Shown: positions 1 to 12,354 of the stretch, piece by piece
Layout of the letters: every line of letters begins with the position of its first letter
Numbering within the stretch: the first letter of the stretch is position 1
Assembly (NCBI GenBank): GCA_951406725.2
Contig: OX597839.1
Span: 18,414,001 to 18,478,000 of the forward strand
DNA length: 64,000 bases
Direction: 5' to 3'
DNA from: Octopus vulgaris
Lineage: Eukaryota
Translations under genes and position numbers: made by a program
The notes under the pieces: model-generated
The model's database searches: none
What the model was told of the DNA's origin: nothing
What the model saw: the letters and a program-made list of their open reading frames with translations, nothing else

Positions 1-234
1 GAGTGAGATAAGCTAATGCTAATTTCATGATTGAAATATATATATATGTGTATATATGATATATATATATATATGTATATTATGTTTACCACGTGAAATA
101 TGATGAAAAAATATTAGAAAGATATGGTATATAATTTTATTTGTGCAGGGGTTCCTCGAGATATGTAATTTATTTTAAGTGTTTCACAAAGGTAAAAAGG
201 TTGAGAAAGACTGCTCTATAGGTATGATCGGGCT

Positions 235-600
235 GTCAGTTAGGCTTGCCTGAGATCTGTGCAGAGTGATGAAATCATCTAGCATGCATTTGTATACAGG
301 GGCATGCTGTAACATTATCATGTGTAGAACGGATTTAGCTTTGAGCCATCTTTGTTGTGAAGATTGTCCCACAACCTCTAGCTTGAAAGAGCATGCAGTT
401 TTCTTCTGAGGTTGTATGGTGGATGTGACTAAAAGGATTGAAATCGGACACTTTCTTCTTCAGCCAATCCCTCATCAGCTTCTTTTTTTGAGTTTCACTT
501 AAAAAGGAAGGCAAGGGTTAAGAGGGGGGTTGCTACCCTCCTCTAGTAATGTCGAGTGAATGTGGTGAAGGTGGCTTGAGTGCATGTAAACTGCATGTAA
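235..600 (-). pseudogene. Possible degenerate Penelope-like reverse transcriptase remnant
   Basis: Frameshifted minus-strand translation gives FQARGC..TKMAQS..LHM..L..CMLDDFITL. This resembles the PLE RT motifs YxQxxGxAMGTKMAPSYA..M...RYLDDxFxLW. It is weak and broken. Confidence 0.3.
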
Positions 601-723
601 ACTTTATTCATTGGTCTCTTATTCATGTATATAAAATGTGTAGTGTTACAACTTACATCAATAACTAGTTTTGAAATCCCACTATGACTTTATGGACACC
701 CATATAATGTTATTCCACGCATT

Positions 724-759
<36 letters not shown>

Positions 760-918
760 AAATATAAATCATGATGGCAGTTCCTGCTTGAAAATCAAGA
801 TGAAAAACGACACACCCTCAAGTGGTTATGTAAACTGATCCTTAGATGACTGGGTCTGGTATTCTTCCTGCTACTGCTTAGCAGTTTTAAATGAGAGTTA
901 GTCCATGCAACCCGTGTT

Positions 919-965
<47 letters not shown>

Positions 966-968
<3 letters not shown>

Positions 969-1135
969 TGCAGGAGTGGCTGTGTGGTAAGTAGCTTGTT
1001 TACCAACCACATGGTTCTGGGTTCAGTCCCACTGCATGGCACCTTGGGCAAGTGTCTTCTGCTATAGCCCCGGGCCGACCAATGCCTTGTGAGTGGATTT
1101 GGTAGACAGAAACTGAAAAAAGCCTGTCGTATATA

Positions 1136-1180
<45 letters not shown>

Positions 1181-1385
1181 TTGTTGCCTGTGTTTGTCCC
1201 CCTAGCATTGCTTGACAACCGATGCTGGTGTGTTTATGTCCCTGTCACTTAGCGGTTTGGCAAAAGAGACCGATAGAATAAGTACTGGGCTTACAAAGAA
1301 TAAGTCCCGGGGTCGAGTTGCTCGATTGAAGGCGGTGCTCCAGCATGGCCGCAGTCAAATGACTGAAACAAGTAAAAGAGTAAAA
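966..1385 (+). mobile_element. SINE family A, full length (tRNA-like head, CORE-like segment, internal TA/TG microsatellite)
   Basis: Head GGAGTGGCTGTGTGGTAAG...GGTTCAGTCCC (A/B-box-like), then CCTTGGGCAAGTG, and tail GACTGAAACAAGTAAAAGA. More than 20 copies or fragments occur in the window. Confidence 0.9.
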
Positions 1386-1423
1386 TAATGTGTGTGTATG
1401 TATGTATTCTTGTATATATATAT

Positions 1424-1612
1424 TTACATGCAGTTAAATAGATGTCCGGTTATAGAATAACCAATGGTTTCACACCCATAAAGCATTTAGCCTCGTAGAT
1501 GACTTGTCAGGCTCCAAGGGTGGAGTCTGAAGAGTCGTCTATAAAGCTGACCTCTTTATGGATGTGAAACCATTGGTCACTCCCTGACTGGACATAAATT
1601 TCACTGCATGTA
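1424..1612. repeat. Imperfect ~90-bp inverted repeat (Penelope-like inverted fragment)
   Basis: 1424-1515 is a diverged reverse complement of 1522-1612, with a 6-nt spacer. Confidence 0.8.
1522..1583 (+). ncRNA. Type I hammerhead ribozyme-like motif
   Basis: GGAGT (stem I) - CTGAAGA - stem II hairpin GTCTATAAAG/CTTTATGGAT - GAA - ACCATTGGT (stem III) - C - ACTCC (stem I). Cleavage triplet is GUC. Confidence 0.7.
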
Positions 1613-1679
1613 ACTACATTACTGCTCTGTCCTTTAGAGTGTACTTCTTTTTTTGGTATACGATCCACTGATAATATAT

Positions 1680-2100
1680 TCTTTTATTCTTTGACTTGTT
1701 TCAATCATTTGACTGCAGTCATGCTGGAGCAACACCTCAAACTTTTTTAGTCGAGTGAATCAATCCCAGTACTTATTTTTTAAGCCTGGTACTTATTCTA
1801 CTTCTGTCTTTTGCCACACCGCTAAGTCACAGGGATGTAAACACACCAGCACCAGTTGTCAAGCAGTGATTGTGGCAGTGGGAGACACACAAACACAAAA
1901 ATACACATAGAGATAGACACACACACACACACACACATATAATATACAACAGGCTTCTTTCAGTTTCTGTCTGCCAGATCCACTCACAAGGCTTTGGCCT
2001 GCATGAGGCTATAGTGGAAGACACTTGCCCAAGGTACCACACAGTGAGACTGAACCCGAAATAATGTGGTTTGAAGGCAAGCTCCTTACCATACAGCCAC
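1680..2100 (-). mobile_element. SINE family A
   Basis: Reverse complement of the 966-1385 family. Confidence 0.85.
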
Positions 2101-2101
2101 A

Positions 2102-2162
<61 letters not shown>

Positions 2163-2606
2163 TATATACTGCAAGTAAATCATCTGTTTTGGGCCATTCT
2201 TATAGTGAAGAATAACAAAAAAAAAAAAAGGAAAAAAAAAGAGGATTCACCCGTGGAGCAAGTTTCAAAATACATAACACTATATTATAACATGTATATT
2301 GTGTGCTCTACTGAAATTTGGACTTCTTAATTATACTATTGAGAAATTTCTGTGTATGTGTGTGTATATATATATATATATATATAAAATTAATTTAGGG
2401 TAGAAATTGATATATATCAATTAGAACCAGTGGTCTAGCATATTAAAAAAAGAATCCGAAGATTAAAATATTTATATATACCAATTATACCATATGGTTT
2501 TGTAGCTGAGTTTGATCTGAGAACATAATCTTTTGTGGAGAATGGCGATTTGACGTCTATATCTAGCATGTTGACTGTCCACTTTTCGTGTTCAGTCCTT
2601 AATTGG

Positions 2607-2676
<70 letters not shown>

Positions 2677-2679
2677 ATC

Positions 2680-3168
2680 ATTATTGTTGTTTAATGTCCT
2701 CTTTCCATGCCAGCATGGGTGGATGGTTTGACTGAAGACTGGCAAGCCGGGAGGCTGCATCAGTCTGATTTGGCAAGGTTTCTTATGTCTTTATTGCCCA
2801 CAAGGGGCTACACACAGAGAGGACAAGCAAAAACAGACAAATGGATTAAGTCGATTATATTGACCCCAGTGCATAACTGGTACTTATTTAATTGACCCCG
2901 GAAGGATGAAAGGCAAAGTCGACCTTGGCGGAATTTGAACTCAGAACGTAATGGCAGACGAAATACCGCTAAGCATTTTGCCTGGTGTGCTAACGTTTCT
3001 GCCAGTTAGCCGCCTTTGGCAAGGTTTCTATGGCTGGATGCCCTTCCTAATGCCAACCACGCTGAGAGTATAGTGGGTGCTTTTTACGTGCCACCGGCAT
3101 GGGAGCCAGTCAGGTTGGCGCTGGCATTGACATGCTTGAATGGTGCTTTTTACGTACCACCGGCACAT
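2680..3168 (-). mobile_element. RTE LINE 3' end (family C) interrupted by a SINE B
   Basis: Family C sequence resumes after the SINE B. A 15-bp TSD TTTGGCAAGGTTTCT lies at 2769-2783 and 3015-3029. Confidence 0.8.
2788..3014 (-). mobile_element. SINE family B (tRNA-like head, Meta-domain-like core)
   Basis: Reverse complement of GGCGGCGAGCTGGCAGAA...GTTCAAATTCC..GGTCGACTTTGCCTTTCATCC. Flanked by a TSD. About 18 copies occur in the window. Confidence 0.85.
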
Positions 3169-3389
3169 ATATTGTAAGAATAAATGTTCTCTGTGTAAGA
3201 CAGTTTTACCATACAGGTTTCAGCTCTTATTGGTAATCACATGGAACTCCCACTGTCCTGTGATCCCACAAGTTTGTGTGTGGCCCAAGGAAGGCTATAA
3301 TGTAATATAAGAAGAACATCAACGAGGGAAAAGAACATGGGTTGAACTTGTTCCTTTTCTCTTCTTTCATTATGTACATACTTAAGGTG

Positions 3390-3605
3390 GTGAACTGGTG
3401 GTACCATTAGCATGCTGAACAAAAGTACTTGGCAGCATTTCATTAGTTTTTACGTTCTGAGTTCAAATCCCACCAAGGTCGACTTTGCCTTTCATCTTTT
3501 CAGGGTTGTTGAATTAAGTACCAGTTGAGCACTGGGGGTGATGTAATTGGCTAGCCCCTGCCTCACCCAAAATTTCAGGCCTTGTGCCTATAGTAGAAAG
3601 GATTA
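3390..3605 (+). mobile_element. SINE family B
   Basis: Core GTTCAAATCCCACCAAGGTCGACTTTGCCTTTCATC and tail GGCCTTGTGCCTATAGTAGAAAG. Confidence 0.8.
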
Positions 3606-3674
3606 CATACATTTATGCATATGTGTGTATGTGTGTACAGGTGATAAAAACAGGAAAATAGAACTCAAAACATG

Positions 3675-3711
<37 letters not shown>

Positions 3712-4000
3712 TCATCATCGTTTAACGTCCGTTCTCCATGCTAGCATGGGTTGGACGGTTCGACCGGGGATCTGGGAAGCCAGAAGGCTGCACCAGGCTC
3801 CAGTCTTATCTGGCAATGTTTCTACAGCTGGATGCCCATCCTAACGCCAACCACTCCGTGAGTGTAGTGGGTGCTTTTTACGTGCCACCTGCACAGGTGC
3901 CAGGCGAGGCTGGCAACGGCCACGGTCGGATTGGTGTATTTTATGTGCCACCAGCACGGAAGCCAGTCGAGGCGGCACTGGCATCGGCCACGATTCGGAT
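3712..4000 (-). mobile_element. RTE LINE 3' UTR fragment (family C) with (GAT)n tail
   Basis: Plus strand reads CATCATCGTTTAACGTCC...CTGGATGCCC, shared with copies at 32020 and 38415 that extend into the RTE ORF end. Confidence 0.8.
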
Positions 4001-4429
4001 AGTATATATATATATATATACCGTAAATGGTCCTTTTATATACTGAACACTGCTTGGTAAAATTATTAATTACTAATTAATTAATTTTACCCTTTATTAT
4101 TATTGACTATATATATATATTGATAAAAATGGTAAGACAACAAAAGAAAGAAAGAGACCTCGATATTATGTAAATAAAGGAATTTATCTGTAAATGTAAT
4201 ATGTGACAATTATTTGGTAGCCGTGATAAAACTCAGATATACACACATATAGATAAATAGACACACACACACACAGATCGATAGATATGTATATTTGTAT
4301 TTAAGTGAGAGAAGTTACAAAGTGACTCGAGGGTCGAGAGTTTCGTGTATTAATTTGGTAAGTGGTAATGCGGGGAAACACTCAGTCCTTGAGTCACTTT
4401 GTAACTTTTGTCGATTAAATATAAAGGCT

Positions 4430-4539
4430 GTAGCTATATCTATCTATCTATCTATCTATCAATTGATCTATCCATCTGTCTATCTATCTATCTATCTATC
4501 TATCTATCAATCTATCTGTCTGTCTGTCTAGCTATCTAC

Positions 4540-4578
<39 letters not shown>

Positions 4579-4663
4579 CCTGTCTGTCTGTTTATCTATC
4601 TATCTATCTATCTGTCTGTCTATCTATCTATCTATCTGTCTGTCTATCTATCTATCTATCTAC

Positions 4664-4718
<55 letters not shown>

Positions 4719-4738
4719 CCTGTCTATCTATCTATCTA

Positions 4739-4810
<72 letters not shown>

Positions 4811-4865
4811 CCTGTCTGTCTGTCTATCTACCTGTCTGTCTGTCTGTCTGTCTATCTAGCTATCT
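4430..4865. repeat. (TCTA)n/(TCTG)n compound microsatellite
   Basis: Read directly. Similar tracts at 8525-9220, 14620-14700, 34975-35440 and 48010-48360. Confidence 0.95.
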
Positions 4866-5652
4866 ACATTTACACAAACACATATGCGTGCTCTTTTCTT
4901 CCACTCTCTATCCCTCTCTCTCTTTGTCACACACACACACACACACACTGTGAAAAGTCATGTAGAGCAGCAGCAGCAACAACAGCAGCATGAGCAGCAG
5001 CAGCAGCAGTAGCGGCAGCGTCAGCAGCTTGTGTTTATTAATTATGCTTGCTGGCAGCCATCACGAGCGAAGTAGTGTACACGCTGAGGAAGTGTTGCAA
5101 GTATCCATCTTTGTTGTTTTCATCATCATCATTACCTTCACCACCACCACCACCCTCATCATCATCATCACAATCATCACCATTGTCTTCATTACCGTTA
5201 TCATAATCCTCTCCTCTCTTCCTCCTCACGGTCATCATCCTTATTGTCAGCATCCTCGTGGCCGTTGCCATTGATGTCATGATTATCATCTTCATCATTA
5301 TCATCCTCTGTAGGCGTAATGTGTCAGAATGGAACCTTGGAGTTTCACTGTCATTTAATATCACAGGTGATTGCAATTGTAAAAGGAAGGCGGTGGTGGT
5401 GGGGTGGGGGTTGGGGATAAATAGTACACAGGTAGTGGTGGCAGGAGTTGTGATAATTGTAATAGTTGTTGTTGTGTTAACTGTTGTTGTAGTGGTGGTG
5501 GTACTAGTAGTCACCACCACCACTACTACTACCACCACTGCTATTACCTGTAAACAAAACTAGCAAGCTAACCAAGGAAGCTTTTACACGGGTTGCTTGA
5601 CCTGCTTCTAATCACAGCTGAATCTCCCTGAATCTTATTGTTTTTGTCATCG

Positions 5653-6058
5653 TATGTGTGTATGTATGTATGTATGTATGTATGTATGTATGTATGTGTG
5701 TGTGTGTGTGTGTATTTATGTATGTATATATGTATGTGTGTGTATGTATGTATGTGTGTATGTATTTCTCTCTATATATATGTACATGTATATATGTAAT
5801 GTATGTATCTTTATAGTATGTATATATATATATATATATATATATAAATACATATATATATATATATATAAATACATATATATATATATCAGTAATGTAT
5901 GTGTTTGTATGTATGTGTGTGTATATGTATATATATGATATATATGTATGTGTGTATATATATTTGTGTAGATGTGTGTCTGTATGTATATATATATGTA
6001 TGTGTGTAGATATGTATGTGTATGTGATATATGTGTGTAGATGTGTATGTATATGTAA

Positions 6059-6109
<51 letters not shown>

Positions 6110-6130
6110 ATATATATATACATACATATA
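5653..6130. repeat. Complex (TA)/(TG)/(TATG) microsatellite
   Basis: Read directly. Similar tract at 58200-58600. Confidence 0.95.
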
Positions 6131-6221
6131 TAAGAAAAGATCATTAAATAGTGCAATACAGTTGTATTGACTGCTATTTCCAGTAAATATTGGTACTTTG
6201 TTGTACCACTATCCTATATTT

Positions 6222-6254
<33 letters not shown>

Positions 6255-6629
6255 CACACTCACATGTATTTAAAGATGGGATGATCATAAGCTTACTTGA
6301 TCAGGGCTGGTCTGGATGACGAGAGAGAGATTGAGAATGAGGGGACACCTTGACAGTTAATGAAGAAGATTCTACAACAGGTATGGGGAACCTTTTCCGA
6401 GATGTGGGCCACATAATACACAAGTTCAGCATCAAGTAAAACACATAAACAAAACAAAACACAAAAAAAAACATTAAGGTAATTTTTTTGTTAGATGTTG
6501 CCATTGAGAAAGTCCTGCAGGTTGCAGTTTGGCCACAACTGTTCTACATGTTCAGTTGATCTGCTAGAAATAATTGTCAAATCTCCCGCAAATGTCATCT
6601 TACCGTCTTTGAAAAAGAGACACAAATTA

Positions 6630-6660
<31 letters not shown>

Positions 6661-7833
6661 GAAGAAAGAAATTATGTAAAAAAAGACACTAGATGATGTT
6701 GATGATGATGATAATGAAGTTTTGATTATAGATCTGCTTAACCAGGTTGGGCTTGGCCTGGCCTGAGTTAGGGCAAAACAATCGCAACAACTAGCGTACA
6801 GGTTAGTGGAAAAATCCAGAGTCTTTGTTGGACCACGATGTAATATCCTTTCGTAGCGGTCGTCTTAATAACTGCTGTTGCTGCTGCTACTACTACTACT
6901 ACTACTTGTAGTAGATATATTTGCTGTTTGGCTCTCCACCCTCGGAGGTGGGGGAAGACATCATCGAATGTACTTGTGATCAAGGATATTGTATCTGCAT
7001 CCACCTCGTTTATATAATTTAGTCTTTAAAAAATAAATATAATGGTTAAGTGTATCTTGGACTAAACTATCCTGTGCTTGCATGTCTCCTGTCCCCTGCT
7101 CCCACCTTTTCAGACAGTAGTAGCGTATGAGCTGAAAGGAATTTGGCTGCTGTTTCTAGCACGTCGAATGACACATGTAAAGGTCCTTTCTCAGGCACAA
7201 GACTGGTAGTTTTTGACCTGTCACTCCAATTATAAATTCCACACATATCTTGGATATATTACAGGGATGTAAAGTGACCCTTGAATAACTCTGGTACTTT
7301 AGTCTATTGACCCCCAGATGGACGAGAGGCAAAGATGACCTCGGCGTGATTTTTTTTTTATATGGGAGACTCCAATATACATTTTCCTCCCACTTTTGCA
7401 AGACAGTACAGTACAGAATTGGGCGGGGTGGAGGAGATTTGGCTGCTATTTCTAGTCTGTCATGTGGCCACCTAGATTCCTCTCTCGTTGGCTTGGCTTG
7501 GTTTGTGATAATGGTGGTGGTGGTAGTAGTAGTAGTAGTGTTATTAATAATGTTAGTTTGTTTGGAGAACACCACTGCCGCCACAACCACCACCACTGCT
7601 TCTAATATAACCACTACCACCACCAGAACCATCAATTCCACCACACTCACCACCACCACCACCACCACCACAACCCCCAACAACAGTACAACCATCACCA
7701 CTACCACCGCCACCTTTATTAGGGACAACATTAGCATTAGTTGTTAGTTTCGCCTGGTCTCTGACTCTGCAGACGAAGTAAGATCAGAAGCAATCCAACC
7801 GTGACCACAAGTATTGGTGTAGCACAAACTTAC

Positions 7834-7945
7834 GCTCTCCAACTGTGTCCTGTTCCTGGAAACGTTTAGTTTTGGTTTTGAGGGAGACGCGGCTGCTCTT
7901 TCTAGCAGATTCAGTGATCTCGTAGACATTCTCGTTAGCAGTCAT
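7834..7945 (-). CDS. Candidate first coding exon of an unidentified host gene (MTANENVYEITESARKSSRVSLKTKTKRFQEQDTVGE, phase-1 donor)
   Basis: ATG at 7945, then 37 non-repetitive codons plus 1 nt, then a canonical GTAAGT donor at 7833-7828. It sits in unique CpG-retaining sequence. No downstream exon was identified. Confidence 0.4.
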
Positions 7946-7964
7946 AGCAGAGTCACGTTTCGCA

Positions 7965-8120
7965 ACCACCACCACCACTACCACCACTACAACAACAATA
8001 ATTGCTGCTGCTGCTGCTACTACAACTACTACAACAATTGCTACAACTACTACTATTACTATTGCTGCTGCTACCACCACCACCACCACCACTACTACTA
8101 CTGTTACTATTACTGTTGGG

Positions 8121-8160
<40 letters not shown>

Positions 8161-8215
8161 TTATTACTACGGTTGCTGCTGATACTACAGCTACCACCAC
8201 CACCACTACTACAAA

Positions 8216-8267
<52 letters not shown>

Positions 8268-8295
8268 GCTGCCGCTGCTAACACTACCACTGCTA
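7965..8295. repeat. (TAC)/(CAC)/(TGC) trinucleotide tract
   Basis: Read directly. Confidence 0.95.
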
Positions 8296-8597
8296 CTTTC
8301 GTTTTCTGCGAAGAAGCATCGAGATGTCAACAGCTTCAAGAGACGACGTGAATGATTCAGCTGATCGTTCCTGCACCCGCTGCCTCCCTCCGCCACCCAC
8401 CCAGCCACCCGTCTACCTGCTCATTCATCGCTTTATCATTCCTCTCCGAACGTCCTTATTTTGCTCTTTGCCATTCTCAGCCCCGTTTCTCTGTATGTCT
8501 TCCTACAGTCCAGTCCAGTTATTCAGTCTGTCTGTCTACCTGTCTGTCTGTCTATACATCTATCGATCACTCGATCGATCTGCCTGCCTCTCTCTAC

Positions 8598-8637
<40 letters not shown>

Positions 8638-8693
8638 CTTAGTCTGTCTAAATATCTATCTATCTGTCTGTCTAAATATCTATCTATCTACCA

Positions 8694-8743
<50 letters not shown>

Positions 8744-8824
8744 ATCCATCCATCTATCTATTTATCTATCTATCTCTCCATCTATCTTTCTGTCTGTCTA
8801 CCTAAATACCTGTCCCTCTACCTG

Positions 8825-8875
<51 letters not shown>

Positions 8876-8943
8876 CAAAAGAAAAGCTCTACCTTGTAAT
8901 TTGTTCTATCTGTGTGCAGCCCTGTGTGGCTAATAAAGAAACA

Positions 8944-8976
<33 letters not shown>

Positions 8977-9087
8977 GTCTATATGTCTGTCTGCCTGTCT
9001 GTCTGTCTGTCTGTCTGTCTAAATATCTATCTATCTCTGTCTTAATATCTATCTATCTCTCTGTCTGTCCATCCATCCATCCATCCA

Positions 9088-9120
<33 letters not shown>

Positions 9121-9454
9121 CTGTCTGTCTGTCTACCTAGATACCTATCCCTCTACCTATCTTTCCATCCATCTATCTATCTATCTATCCATCCACCCAT
9201 CCATCCTTAGTCTGTCTGTCTGTCAGATGTTTACCTCAGGCTTACTCGTTCACCCTCTGACCAGCCACTCATCAGATACCCACCTCCTTCATCCTCACAC
9301 TGCCTTTTTTTCCTTATCCACCCACACAAATTGTGTGTGTAAATTATTTATATATTTATTCTACATAACTCTCAAAGCCATATAAATTATGCCTCACGCT
9401 CTCACATCTACTTGCGTATCTTACCGTGAAAACTGATTTCTTTTTTATAAACAT

Positions 9455-9480
9455 ACTACTACTACTACTACTACTGCTAT

Positions 9481-9527
<47 letters not shown>

Positions 9528-9528
9528 T

Positions 9529-9565
<37 letters not shown>

Positions 9566-9566
9566 G

Positions 9567-9616
<50 letters not shown>

Positions 9617-9624
9617 GCTATTAC

Positions 9625-9693
<69 letters not shown>

Positions 9694-9765
9694 CATCACC
9701 ACTACCACCACCACTACTACCAGATCATCACCACCACCACTACCACTACTACCACCACCACCACA
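9455..9765. repeat. (TAC)n/(CAC)n trinucleotide tract
   Basis: Read directly. Confidence 0.95.
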
Positions 9766-10862
9766 CAACGAGGATGACAACCATCTCCCACCACTGATGC
9801 CACTACTACTTTCACGACCACCACTACTGTTATTGATACTACTACTACCAAAACAATGGTGACAATGACGACAACGATGACCACCACTACTATTACTACT
9901 AGTCTTTGAGGAATCCTGTATAGGGTGGGGTGGGATCATTTGAAATAGCAGGTAAAACTCTCACGTTGTACACACTCTGCTGTTTTTGAAAGAAGGGAGT
10001 GGGTGGGGGAAATGCATTGGTTAACAGAACCCAAGTTACACTGTTTCAGAATAAATCCTGGGATAATCACGGATGGAATACCTTTTGATCATGAGTCTAC
10101 TTGGTCAGGAGCTGACCTGACCTGATTTGACCTGACCTTTCGTGAGATTTTCATACATATGGCTTAGATACAATAAAGGACCAGACGAGCAAGTGACTGG
10201 GATTGATTTAATCAACCCTTCCTGCTGGGAAAATCTCTGTTTTTTCTTTCTTCCCTTGGCCACCACCACCACCACCACTACCACCACCATTTCACTGTAT
10301 GCTTTTCCATGTTTGCATGGGTAGGACAGTTTATTTGGGGTAGATTTTTTCCTATGGCTGGATGGCCCTCCTGTCACCGACCCTTACCTGTTTCCATGCG
10401 AAAGTAATATTTTTCCCAAGGCCAAAAAGGATTCTTGTAGAATATAAGAAGGTACTTCACTGCAGGCCAACAATGCAAGTTTCAATGCCAGTCTGTTCCA
10501 GTCTTTTAGGTAGCGTTTTCAATGTTATTCCAAGGGCACTAATTAGTGCAGAAATAATTATCTTGATCTTCCAGTTTCCTCAGCTGATATTTTTCAATTT
10601 TTTCAATTTCTTTGGTCTCAACTCTGCTATCAAAGGGAATTGCAAAATCTGTTATCTTACACACTTTGTTTATTTTGTCCTCTATTATCATATCTGGTCT
10701 TCTTGCTTCAGTGATATTGTCAATCTTTATGAGGAAATCCCACAAGCAGGGGTGTAGCTAGGGTAAATGGCACCCAGGGCAAGCATCAAAATTGCTTTCC
10801 TCTTACCCAACCAAAAAATGGAAACTCACATAGATAAAATGAATAACTGGTTTTAAAAATTA

Positions 10863-11119
10863 CGGAGATGTACTTGCATAGCGAGTGACTTGATCTGAGA
10901 ATGAAATAATTGCAGCGTGGAAGGTGTTTATAAGCCATTTAAGAAACACACAAAAACCGTTAGATTCACTTCAACATTTAAATTTAATTTGTCAAAATAT
11001 TTTTGCCGCTTTGAAGCTGCGACCTGTTCACTGACAAAACTTCGTGCTGCAGTTGAAGTGAATCTAACGGTTTTTGTGTGTTTCTTAAATGGCTTATAAA
11101 CACCTTCCATGCTGCAATT
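10863..11119. mobile_element. Penelope-like fold-back element (68-bp inverted arms)
   Basis: Arms at 10908-10975 and 11052-11119 differ by 1 mismatch. The element is flanked by a TGGTTTTAAAAA duplication. Confidence 0.7.
10988..11038 (-). ncRNA. Variant hammerhead-like motif (G3-C8 swapped core, G12A)
   Basis: Minus strand reads TTTGTCA - GTGAACA - G GTCGC/GCGGC hairpin - AAA - AATATT - T - TGACAAA. Confidence 0.55.
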
Positions 11120-11523
11120 GGTTTTAAAAAATTGCATGACAATAAATGAAATAAGCCATGCCTGAAAAGGTTTAAAAATTATTTTTTACTGGCTTAATTA
11201 GAAAATGATCTTGGTCAAAATTGCACCCCTGCTCAAAGTTGCATCCAGGGCATGTGCCCTACTTACCCCACCCTAACTACACACCTGTCCAAAAGAGTTT
11301 GTAATTTTTATTTTCTATCACAGCTTCTGGTTCATGTTCATACCACTTTTCCATTGTTTTGAAGTCACACGCTCATAACCGAAACAAATAAAAGCTAAAA
11401 AAACTAAAACAAAATATACCATCAAATAGGATTTCCATGCAGTAACATGACTTTCCATCCCAAGGCATCTGTTCATATGGAGTTCTTGCTCATTGTCATA
11501 TATTATTATATTGAGCACTTTAA

Positions 11524-12299
11524 CCCTTCGTGGTCTGGTGGGGTTGGAATTACACAAAAGGCCATTGGGGTCCCAAGGGACGCCCTTTTATTTTTGTGCA
11601 TTTCCACACTATCCATAAAGTAATATTTCTTTAATCTTGTATATATGTGTGAGTGCATGATACAGAACAAGAAATTTAGCACTTCTTTTTATCATCATCA
11701 TCATCGTTTAATGTTCGCTTTCCATGCTGGCATGGGTTGGACGGTTTGACTGAGGACTGGCAAGCCAGATGGCTGCACCAGGCTCCAATCTGATCTGGCA
11801 GAGTTTCTACAGCTGGATACCCTTCTTAATGCCATAGTTTATAAACTATACATATAGCACTAAATATAAAATAAAACAAAATTATTTAGTATATTGATTC
11901 ATACAAGCACAAATACAAAGAAAATTGACTTATAGTTCGTCAGAATATCTGAAAAAAGAACAGAAAAATAATAATTTCACAGAAGGCTAATTGGGGTTCA
12001 GTTAGACCCCAATGATCATATTTTATGCTATAACATCCATATGACTGGATATTTTTAACTTGATTGAGCATACTTAAACTATTACTCCTTTTCTCTTTTA
12101 CTTGTTTCAGTCATTTCGACTGTGGCCATGCTGGAGCACCACCTTTAGTCGAGCAAATCGACCCTGGGACTTATTCTTTGTAAGCCCAGTACTTATTCTA
12201 TCCGTCTCTTTTTGCCGAACTGCTAAGTGACGGGGACGTAAACACACCGGCATCGGCTGTCAAGCAATGCTAGTGGGACAAACACACAGACATATACAT

Positions 12300-12354
<55 letters not shown>

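Larger units (their letters stand above)
10747..11287. mobile_element. hAT-type MITE inside the R4-like LINE
   Basis: TIRs CAGGGGTGTAGCTAGGGT / ACCCTAACTACACACCTG. Diverged 8-bp TSD CCCACAAG / TCCAAAAG. Confidence 0.7.
10425..11370 (-). mobile_element. Non-LTR retrotransposon remnant with restriction-like endonuclease domain (R4/Dong-like), split by a MITE
   Basis: KWYEHEPEAVIENKNYKLF (about 11290-11355) joins WDFLIKIDNITEARRPDMIIEDK..C.I.DFAIPFD..KE.EK.EKYQ. A frameshifted ..SALG..LQ..RIL follows. This is the RLE PD..D..K pattern. Confidence 0.8.

Noticed and set aside
5038-5547. Minus-strand exon after a TTTACAG acceptor as exon 2 of the 7.9-kb exon
   Set aside because: In the required phase it stops after 14 codons. 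The long frame is phase 0 and made of trinucleotide repeats.
4408-6170. Long ORFs rich in YLSI, YI, HT or CV (here and throughout the window)
   Set aside because: They are translations of microsatellites that lack stop codons.
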